DNA of 64,000 nucleotides from Dipteris shenzhenensis (Eukaryota). Under the pieces are notes generated by a model that saw nothing but the letters and a program-made list of their open reading frames with translations, ran no database searches and was not told where the DNA came from. This document shows positions 12,669-23,700 of the stretch, piece by piece. The number at the start of each line of letters is the position of its first letter. Positions within the stretch are counted from its first letter, which is position 1. A program made the translations under genes and the position numbers. Where the stretch lies: the NCBI GenBank assembly GCA_047967505.1, contig CM106538.1. One strand, given 5' to 3'.

Positions 12669-15022
12669 TGTAGAAATATAAAAGCAAGAGCTAGAAACTA
12701 GAAGACTAGAAGTGAAATAAGAACAAGATTGAAGGACAAAGAGTTACCTTGAGATGAGTGTAGACAAGACACAAGCTAGATAGATTGCAATGATGTGACC
12801 CATGAATATATGGGCCAAAGTACAAGACATAGAGCAAGAGTGCTTATGGGATAATTGTAGAGGTGCCACATGGCACACACTCAAGACACAAAGACTAAAC
12901 TGAGACTAGACAAATGTAGACTAGGGAAATAGTACACCTAGTGTGCACTTATCTCCAACACCCTCCTTAAGTGGACACTAGGAGTAAGACAGAAAGAAAA
13001 GACTAGAAGACAGACATAAAGACCGATAGACTGAGAGACAAGACAGAAGACATGACAGACAAAGATCCTGAGACACCCCTCCTCAAGTGATATCCTCATA
13101 TGGGTCCACAAGGGTAGGGACAAGATGGATCTAAAACAAAACACAGTTAGATTGATAGACAAATAGACAGACAGACAAGACTAGATAGACAGAAGACTGA
13201 CTGTAGACAAATAGATAGACCTTGAAGACATTCCTCCTCAAGGGCAAACTCTTCCTCTTGGGTAGGGACAAGAGAGAGGTCCAAAAGCAAAATGAGTAAG
13301 ACACTAGAACCCCTTGACCTACAAGATCTGCTGATGGAGATGCTGCAGCAATATGGGCTGAGGTAGATGCAGGGGCTGATGTAGAGGATTTGGAGTAGTA
13401 GTCCTTCTCCCGGTGATTATCACGGCCACAAATGGTGCATGGATGAGCCTTGAAGCAGTCCTTCTCCATATGATTAGTTTTGCCACAATGGGTGCAAGGC
13501 TTTCTTACCTTAGAACTTCCTTTCTTTGCTAAAAATGCAGTGTCAGTTACCTTTTGTTGTTGAGTTCTTTCTTCTTCTTAGAGAGCATTGATGGTACCTT
13601 CAAGAGTAGGATTATTGTGATACTTGAAGCTAGTGACAAGAGTAGCATAGGTGTCAGGTAAGCTTTTGAGAAGCACAACAATAGCAATATCTTCGGAGAT
13701 GGGGGACTTCACTGATGCAAGCCATAAGACTGCGAAGATAATTGACATGAGAGGCTATAGTAGCTTCCTCCTGCATATGTAGATCAAAGAATGAGATCAT
13801 AAGTGCAATCTTAGAGTTTTTAGATCGGGGTCCAAAAAGGGTATCCAAAGTGATCCATGCTTGAGAAGCAGACTGTATGTCAGAGATGTGATGAATGTAA
13901 TCATCTCCAAGACTGAGCAAGATGATAGCATAGGCTTTGTCATTCTTGGCAGTGGAAACATAAGTGACAACTTGCTCAATGTCGGAATCTTCGGGAGCAG
14001 CACGGTGAACAACGTCCCAAAGACCTTCTTTCATAAGATGGCACTTGATTTTGATTTGCCAAGTATGAAAGTTGGACCCATTGAATTTGTCGATAGACAT
14101 GAGAGAATGATTAGAAGAGGCCATGTGGGAAGGTCTTACCTCTTGCTAAGATGCAACGGCTATTCCCTTACAAGATTGCAGAAATGAATGAAAGAAGAGA
14201 TCCAAGAAGCCGGCTCTCTCACCACTTGTCAAGGCCATAGCATGTGACAGCCCATCGAAGCATGAGGAACCAGCAGTTTGCAGATATGAGGATAACAAAA
14301 AGGACTGCTCAGCAAACTGAAGGAGACAATGCACAGTACCTTGTAGACTCTTCAAGAGGAGGCGATGGCAGAACTGAAGTGAGTAGAGCAAGTGGCAGCA
14401 GATTCAGCAGGCGGACAATTGTAGACGGATGAACAGGGACAGAAATAGGGCGGCAGCCAGAGGTAAACAGCAGCGGCTGTTTGCAGGGATAGGCGGCGGC
14501 CTGTTGCAAGGCTGCTACAGCAGCATATATGAAGATGGCCGTAGCTGGAGCAGGAATACGTGCAGCATCAGGAGCAGAAATGAGCAGCCAGATTTGGAGC
14601 TACTAGTGTCGGGGCAGAGAAGGGCGACCAGCAGCTGGAGAAAAACGTGCAGAAAATGGCGGGCAGATTCCGAGGAGAGGCGGCCTGATGTAGAGGAAGA
14701 TGACAGGAAGGGAAGCTGGCTCTAATACCATGTAGAAATATAAAAGCAAGAGCTAGAAACTAGAAGACTAGAAGTGAAATAAGAACAAGATTGAAGGACA
14801 AAGAGTTACCTTGAGATGAGTGTAGACAAGACACAAGCTAGATAGATTGCAATGATGTGACCCATGAATATATGAGCCAAAGTACAACGCATAGAGCAAG
14901 AGTGCTTATGGGATAATTGTAGAGGTGCCACATGGCACACACTCAAGACACAAAGACTAAACTGAGACTAGACAAATGTCGACTAGGGAAATAGTACACC
15001 TAGTGTGTACTTATCTCCAACA
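12669..15022 (-). mobile_element. Non-autonomous gag-only LTR retrotransposon (copia-type gag, TR-GAG-like), 2354 bp
   Basis: 292-bp TG..CA LTRs at 12669-12960 and 14731-15022 (5 mismatches); TSD CCACT; PBS tggtattagagc at 14719-14730; PPT at 12961-12970; gag IDKFNGSNFHTWQIKIK and knuckle CTHCGKTNHMEKDC; no pol. Confidence 0.95.
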
Positions 15023-16129
15023 CCACTCCAAGTCCGAGAAGGCAAAGGTCGCCTGGGGGAGATCACTTTGCGAGGAGCTTGCCATCCATCAGTCAAATTC
15101 TTTTCCCCCTTCACCTGAGGTGGAGAGGACAAAGGCACAGGAAAAGAAGCATTACCATGTGAGATAGCCGAGACTTTGCCTTTGTCTTGAACAGAGAAAA
15201 ACCGTTTGACCCCTTTGTTTTTTACCACAGAAGAGGCATTTGCATTCTTATTCAAAGACTGAACCATTTCAGCTTGCACTGGCATCCGTGGAGCTCGGGA
15301 AGGGCATTGTGAAGCCATGTGCCCAAATTGCTTGCATTCAAAGCAAGCACCTGCAAACAGCCCCCACTTGAGCTTGTAATAGGCACTCCCCAAGGAAACA
15401 TTATTCACAGTGACCGAATATGAAGCTCGAGTGGGATGATTTGTATCCCACAAAATGCAGAAGCGATTCGAATTTCCATTGGGTCGTGGTGGACATACCA
15501 CCTTACCGAGCGAAGCTGCAATTTTATGTAGAAGAGAAGACAAGCATTGAGGAAAACCCACAACTTCTACCCAAACAGGGCAACGATGCCGAATCAATGC
15601 CTGGTAATCCCGGGTGGGAGACCAAGGCTAAACATGGACCTTGCTGGCCATAGAAAAGAGGAGAGTGCTCCAGCAAAACCTGACGATGCTCCTCATCAGC
15701 CATGATGATCTCAAAAAAGCCCCTCGCTGCATAATGAACTTTTTTGACATAAGAACCACCCAGAGTTCGAGTCAACCGATTCCCAACATCTGCAGCAGCA
15801 GGCATCCGTCCTAGGAAGAAAATTATAATGGCATGCTTTGCATACTCCTTAACTGGATCAAATATATCATCCACTTCCACCATAATGCTAGTGGTGGGAA
15901 GTGGATCTTTCCAACCTTTACGGGTGTCTTCAAACCCTTCATGCATAACCTCATAAACAAGCTGAGCCTCAGCACAATCATGAAGGGAATCATCTGAATC
16001 CATCACCTGTTTTTGTTTCTTGTTGGAAACCAACTTGTCTTTGTGAAAGGTTTTCTCATAGGAATAATCCGCCATTCGAGTTAAGGAAAAAACCTGGAAG
16101 CAGCAACGCTTTACAAGGAGGAAAGCACA

Positions 16130-16430
16130 GCACGTACAAAACTATACTATGTTTTCCTGGTTGTACGAACGAAATCGTGCGGATTTTAAACAGTACGAAA
16201 AAAAGTTTTCCCTGACAGGCAAACTGTATGGACTTCCCCAACTGTACGGACTGTACGGCCAAAATCGAAGGGATTTTTTGACCGTACGGATTTTCGAAAA
16301 AAAAATTCCCTATCAAGCAAACTGTACGGGATGTACGTATTTTTTTGACTGTACGGACGAAATCGTACGGATTTTTGACAATACGAAAAAAAAAAAATTT
16401 TTCCGAATTTTCTGACAAAGCGTACAGGAC
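16130..16430 (-). promoter_or_regulatory. GTAC/CCGTAC motif cluster in a LINE 5' UTR
   Basis: 11 GTAC counted by eye, 6 of them GTACGG, in about 300 bp directly upstream of ORF1. Function is inferred only. Confidence 0.6.
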
Positions 16431-19400
16431 AGAAAACGGATGTCAAAAGGAACCTCGAGGGTGTCAAACTGAGGGAGAAACAAGCAGGTGTAGCGTGGGA
16501 GCACGAGGGCTAGCACGAAATCTCTCTCTCTCACGGGAGCTCTCTCTCCACAAGACACACACTGTGAAAACACACACACACATTTTTTTTTGTAATATCC
16601 AGTGCAATATATTTATATGTTCATAAATTTACAAGATGGAAAGTCTCCGAAATGGAGAGGATCCCAAAGATCAGAAACATAAAAAGAAAAGCTATATGCA
16701 AGAAGTATCCATATCACCCTCATGGCAGGCATCATATAAGGATTGCCACAATGAGGCTCAGAAAGATTCATATGACTTGTGAATCTGTCGACCTAAGTAT
16801 GCCAAATTATGCTCTCTCCAAATTGTCGAAAGAGCCCAATATCTCACCCAAGAGAGAAATAGTGAGTATTGAGACAAAGACCTCATAACTCTGCCAAAGA
16901 GCCAGAAATGTTTCCCACAAATGTGACTCGGGAAACGGAGCCGAAGATGATCTGAAATTTTCCCGAGGTTCCTAGAACACGGGCAGTGCCAAAGCAAATG
17001 AGGGACAGTCTCTGAAGGAGCCTGACATCTTAAACATGTGGATGGTGCAATGCGACGTTTGGCAAGCATGACTCCCACTGACAATGTGCCTGTCATGCAT
17101 CTCCAAAGAAAAAGTCTTTGTTTCAATGGCATTTTACACTTCCATAATATCCGGAGATTCTTCTGCCACCATGAGAGGGGCTTCCTTATATGCCACAGAG
17201 TATTAGCATATTGCTGAATCCATGGAGCAGGCTGAAGAAGCCTGTAGACTTTGATGGAGGTCAAGGCAGGAAGAGGAACAGGATACGTGCATGTAGCAGA
17301 GGGTTGCAATTGCCAATCCATAAGCATGTCTGTGTCAGCCACAGGAGGAACAGGTAGAAAAGGATGTAACAAATCAATAATTTTCTTCCATATGGACCTA
17401 TGGTCCATTCCCAATGCATAGGAAGCAGTGGCTTGGGGAAAAGATAAGACATAGCCCTGATTATCTACCACATCATTTATGTATCTAATTCCCAATTTCA
17501 TGAGATTGTATGCCCAAACAGGTTCCTGTAAAGCGAGTGGAATGTCAAAGATGGCACTCCAATGAATACTTTCTTTCCTCATTGAATTTGTCCCCGAGCA
17601 ATTATCAGGAGCCCATTTGACCTTAGAAAGTACTTGCTTCCAGTCAAGTATCGGAGCAGTAGAGAAAGGACAGCCAGGTATCTTCCCTACAAATCTCCCA
17701 ATGACAACCTCCCAATGATCAGTAGTCCAATGACCATAAGCACAAGTCCTCATGTTGATACACATGGATGCTATCATACAAGTCCATGGCTGTTGTTGGC
17801 GGAAAAAAGTATGGAGCATAGTCACCTTCCTGGCAAGTACATGATATCTTATATTGAGGACATTGAGTCCACCATGCATCCTAGGAGTGCACACCATTTC
17901 CATCTTCATCAGTCTCAATGCTTTCACAACAGTTTTTGTCCTCCATAACATCTCCATTGCTTGAGACATAAAAGCTGAAATATCCCTGGAGGACCAATGC
18001 AGTAAAGGCAAAAAGAACTGGACATAGGACATTACAATGGACTGTACTATTCTGAGCCTGACATGAAGAGGCCAAGTAGAAATTTTCCAGTAGTCCAATT
18101 TATGTTGAAGTCTTTGGAAGATCCATTTTAACTGCTGCTTTCTAGTGATATGCCATCCAATAGGATATCCCAAATGCTTGACTACATCTTTGGAATGCAC
18201 CACCTGCCATGGCCAGAGAATAGAATGCCAATCACATTGTTTCAAGGGAAGCAATTTAGATTTGTTGAAATTGACATGCAATCCCGCTGCCAAACCATAC
18301 AATGATAGGGTGCTCATGAGCATGTGAACTTCCCGGGGAGAATTCTGGGTGGCATAAAGAAGGAATCATCAGCATATGCTTGTGCCACCACAAAAGATGC
18401 AGCCCCAAGGATTTTAAGACCAGTCATCTGTCCTCTGTTTGTAAGATGATCAAGATACATTAAGAGGGGATGGGTCGCAATGGCATAAAAGAGAGCACTA
18501 AGAGGGCAGCCTTGTCTAACTAATCTGCCCAATGTCCATGACCGAGATAGATGACCCCCAAGAATACACTGAGAAGTAGAGCCAGAATAAAGCCAGTAAA
18601 CTGCATTTGCTATCTTGGAACCAAAGCCCATCTTTGTCATGATTTGAGAGATAAAATCCCATTGAACAGTGTCAAATGCCTTAGCAATATCCACCTACAA
18701 TATGAGCACATCTTGATGTGAATACTTAGCCTATTCGATTGCAGTCAAGGCATTGGAGATATTATCATGGATTTGTCTGCGTGGCACAAACCCATATTGA
18801 TGAGGATGAAGTCCCACATTCAGTAGCCCGTGAAGCCTATACACAAGCATTTTGGCAATGAGTTTGTAAACTACATGCATCAAAGTAATAGGCCTCCAAT
18901 CTGACATATGGTCACACAGATGTTTTTTGGGCACAAGTTTGACTATGCCATGCTTCCAAGAGTGCCGCAACTGATTTTCTTGCCAGGCAACATTGATCAT
19001 TTGCAAGAGGATGTCTTTCAAATCATCCCAAAGGAAATATAAAATTCCACCGTAAGGCCATCCCAGCCAGGGAACAATGCATTATCAAGTTCTGTGTCAG
19101 TAAAAGGTCTCTCCAAGATACGAGCATCATCCATTTGCACTATTTCAGAAACATATTGCTTTTCCTTTATCTTTTCCTTTTCCAGCAAGTGGCTGCACCT
19201 GATTGATTGGTTTGGCATTCTTTGCTCCATTTCTATTTGCTGTCTTAGCCTGCAAATTCTCATTTTTTTCCCGTGTTTGGGGTGGCAAAGCATTGGGAGG
19301 GGGCTGATGCAGAACCATCGCATTCAGAGGCTAGATGCCCAAACTTGTGGCAGGCAAAACAAGCTCCTACAAACACACCCCACTTTAATTCAAAATACAT

Positions 19401-20735
19401 TTTCCCCAATTGTACTCCCTCAACTTCAACTGCAATAGAAGGAGGGGTAGGTGTGTCAGTGTCCCAGAGAATGCAGAACCTGTTACGGTTTCCCATGGGC
19501 CGTGGAGGGCAAATGACCTGTCCCAAAGAAGCAGCCAGGCCAGGCAACTCTTCACGCATATAATCCAGGAAGTTAACAACCTCAACCCATACAGGACAAT
19601 GATGTCGTATAAGACATTGGTAATCCTTGTTTGGAGACCAGGGCATAGCATGTACCATCTGCTTCCCATAAAACAGGGGAGAGAACTCAAGTAGCCTCTG
19701 CTTGCATGAAGCATCGGATAAATGTATACGAGAGACAAAACTGTCCCAAGCATAATCCATGTCCTCCCGGGTATGCAAAGGCAAGGGATGAATTGCAAGT
19801 CTGATTATTTGCTGGAAATGGTGATGTCGGAAATAAGCCTGATTAACATGCAATAATCTACTGGAAAGAGGTGGCAAATCATCCAGTGTCATACCAAGTT
19901 GCAGATTCATCCATAATGGGGCATGATCTGACAAGCCCAATGAGAAATCTATGAGGAGATGAGGGCTAAAATCTGCATATTGTTGTGGGTAAAACAAATA
20001 CCATCTGTCAAGCCTTGCCAAGTATGTAGTAAGTGCATTATGATGAAAAGTATATCCAGACACTAACCCTTGGAGAAGCAGCCATAAATCTTCAGCCTGC
20101 ACAGAAAGAAGCATGCTATCCCATTTCTGCCTTTCCGATGATAGCATATGAGATCTTGAAGTGGTGTTATCTCTTAGCAGAGGGGAACTATTAAAATCTC
20201 CACAGATGAATGCATTAGATCTCCATGGATATTTGCTTAAAGAATCCCATAAAGAAGCCCTCATGGCAGAGGTCTGGGAGGCATAGACTGATGCAAACTC
20301 ACGAATATCACCATTGACATTACATTGTATGACCAGCCATCTGCCACTGCTGTCATTGAAGGCTAACTGAGGCTGCAGCTCATGTCTAACCATTATGCAT
20401 ACACCTGAGTAGGTATTGGTACCAGCATAATATATATCATAACCGCCAAAGTATTCAGGATGACCAGCCTTAGAGTGTTGATTATGCTCTTGCAAACAAA
20501 CAATATCTGGCTGCATTTTATGTACATGATTCCAGAAAAGCCTCCACTTTGAGACATTGCAGAGGCTCTGTACATTGTATGTAAAGCACTTAAGTGTTTG
20601 ATGAATGAAGGTATATACAGAAAAGTATAAGTATGAAACAAGATATCAGAGAGGCAAAGCCTCTGCCTGCATGGGCTGCATGCCTTCATGATCCAAGAAA
20701 GATATAGCATTCTCCTCTTCTTCAGAATCACATAT

Positions 20736-23700
20736 TTTTTTTTTGCCGAAAAAACAGTGCTAATTATATTACTTCGAGAACAAGATACAAAAGGTCAGCT
20801 TGTAGCTGACGGGCTGCGTTCACAAATCGGACACAGCCCTAAAAGGTAACAAAATAAATCACTCTCTCACGGCGGGATAAGGCGAGTGTGAATGAACAGC
20901 CATCGGGGTGGTGAGTAGCGCCACCGAAGGCCCTGCGAAGTCTGCTCGAAGAAGAGGCCCTGTGTGTCCCAAGCCCGGAGGAAGCGTCTCCGCTTCTCCC
21001 GACCGGGACCGGGAATCTCCCTGAATCTGGTCCCACTGGCCTCTGAGGGTATGAATAATCTCGCTCCAAATATCAGTCATGATCTGGGCAGTCGATAAGG
21101 AGGTGACACCGAGGATCTGCGCGCAATGCGAGGTCCAAATGTGCCACCCTGCGATGCTGCTAATAATCTCCCAGACTGGCTGCCTCTCCTGAACTCCTGT
21201 ATCAGCCTCTGCTAGGTGCTGCGGGATACCCTCAAGCGGCCCCCATGTTCCCTGTGTGATAAGGAAAGTGGGGTTCTGCTGGCATGCCTCGAATAAGTGA
21301 TGTAGACCAGGTGCGGTGCTGCACCAACAGAACGCGCCCCAAGTGATCAAACCTAGCTCTGGTGCTGCGCGAGTGAGAATCCCGAAAGTCCACCTCCACA
21401 CTTCCTGGGCGTGAGTGCAGCTCCACAGGCAGTGTTTTGGTGACTCTTCAACCTCATGGCAGATCTGACAGCGTCCGTCCTGGCCTATTTGTCTCAACCA
21501 GCTCCCCACCGGAAGACCTTTGTGGGCGAGAAGCCACAGGAAGTAGGAGATCTTCCGCCTAAGCCGCTGGGTGGGGGGGCGGCTCTGCATCCTCCCAAGA
21601 ACTCGCCTGCCCAAAGTCGTGCTATAGGCAAAGAAGGAGGTCGGCCCCTGTCCTGTCACAATCTCTGGCCAACTCCACTCTCCTGGGTCCCAATCAAGCT
21701 CTGACAAGGCCCGCCCCTCCCAGAGCCAGAGTCGCCAAAGCTGCATCTGATCCTGCTCAATGCTAGGATCGGTACGCCAGACCTTTCCCAAAAGGCCTAC
21801 GACCCGAACCCTCTGCCATGGGAGTAGGGGGTCGATGAGTGCATCCTCTCTCCTGAGTCGTCCATCCCCCATAACCGCGAAGAAGGAAATAGAGGAGTCG
21901 TCCATACGTCCTGTGACCACCAGTGGGATGCCACGGGGGGTGAACTGTCCCAGCCAACGGTCGTCACCAGGCATGAGGATCTGAGGCTCAGGTGAAACCA
22001 ACCAATCAGCTGGGATCGCGCCGTCGATCTCCGTGCGTCTCGCCTGGGCTCCACGTGCACCTCCAGCTGCGTCTGCGAGATCAGCCGTCTCCAAATGTCT
22101 GTACGTGTCCCTCCAAAATCGAAGGGACCGGGCTGGCCCCCTCATCCAACCATCCCACCTGATATGTGATCTCTCCCCCAACTGAAGGCCCTCGGCATCT
22201 CTGACCTGATCATTCCAGATAAGTGGCTGGCGATCGATCTCTTCCTGACAACGGGGAGGGGACTGAATGAGACTGAGGCGGAGCCGCCTCCAAACCATGA
22301 GGAGGCTACGAACGAGTGGGGAACGGGGCTGAGTGAGCGGGGCGGAAGTGAAGATCCACCTGAGGGACGGGAGCCACTCTCCACCTCGGCGCGGGACACA
22401 AGAACCGACCCCCTGCTGAAGTAGCATCTTCCACGTCTGCCCCCCCGGGGTCAAACCGCGGATGACTAACTTGCCTAACAAGGCCTAACTCTGCAGCTCT
22501 GGATCGATGACCCCCAGGCCTCCCTCAGCCTGCGGAAGAATGACTGTCTGCCAAGCAACCCTGGCTCTGGTATCTCTGAGGCCATCCTCCCCGGACCAAA
22601 GGAAGTTCTGAACCAGCCTCCTAAGCTGTGCCACGCTGGATCTCGAGAAACACCAACAGGAGGCCACATACCAAGCTGTGGCAAGGACTTGGTTGACTAC
22701 CAAGGCACGACCTGCAAGGGAAAGCTTAGCAGTGCTCCAGAAAGCCAGCTTCCGTCGGATGGAATCTAGCACCGGGAGAAACTGCTGAGCTGGCGTGATG
22801 TCCAGGCCGACCTGAAAACCCAGGTATCTAGCTGTCTGTCCCCGCGGGATCCACCTGAAACCCAAAAACCTCCCCCACTGAGAACGCGCCCCGGGGTCTG
22901 TGAGAAAACCAACTGATTTGTTCCAGTTGATTTTCGCACCAACAGCTGAACAGAAGACCTCCAGGGCCATCCTCACCCTCTCCAGCATCAACTCATCGTC
23001 TTGGACATACAGGGCTGTGTCATCCGCGTACTCCGAGTCCAAGAGCTCCGTGTCCTCCCGGAGGGGAAGGCGAACACCTCTGATCCCTGTAGACCTCGCC
23101 CGAAGGTAGTAAGTCATAGCCTCGGCGAAGAAGAGAAACAGGTAAGGAGCAAGGGGGCAGCCCTGACGCACTGATCTCTCCAAGCTAAAACGCTCACCCA
23201 TCCTGCCTCCAATGATGACTCTGCTAGAAGCTGTCCTGTACAAAGCTGAAATACCCTGAATCCAACCTGCTGGGAAACCTAGCCGCTCCAGAGTCCCCTC
23301 CAGAAAGGACCAATCCACTCGATCGTAGGCCTTCTCAAAGTCGAGAAGTAGGATGGCAAGGTGTGATCCGCTGTGCTGAGCCCACTCCGCCGCCTCTGAA
23401 AAGGTGAAGACATTATCCAGGATACTGCGATCCTGGACAAAGCCTGTCTGAGTGTCATGAATGAGGTCTGGAAGTAGAGGCCGAACTCTGGCGCTGATCA
23501 TCTTGGCGAGGATTTTGTAGGCAGTGGTAAGGAGAGTGATCGGGCGCCACTGACGGATCTCCTGTCTATCTCCTCCCTTCGGGATGAGGCAAATCAGTCC
23601 CGAGGAGAGGCTCTTTGGCATATAACCGCTGCTGAAAATCCTCTGAAGAGCTGCTAGGAGGGGCTATTGGATCTGGTCCCAGAAGGAGGTGAAGAATGCC

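Larger units (their letters stand above)
12156..16550 (-). mobile_element. LINE family B 5' half (5' UTR, ORF1, endonuclease start), interrupted by an LTR element
   Basis: ORF1 from 16075 (RGFFEI, CPVWVEV, CFECKQFGHMASQC knuckle); endonuclease ALNVQGMCDGRKW...QEHNQH from about 12436; the 5' end abuts (CA)n. Confidence 0.88.
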
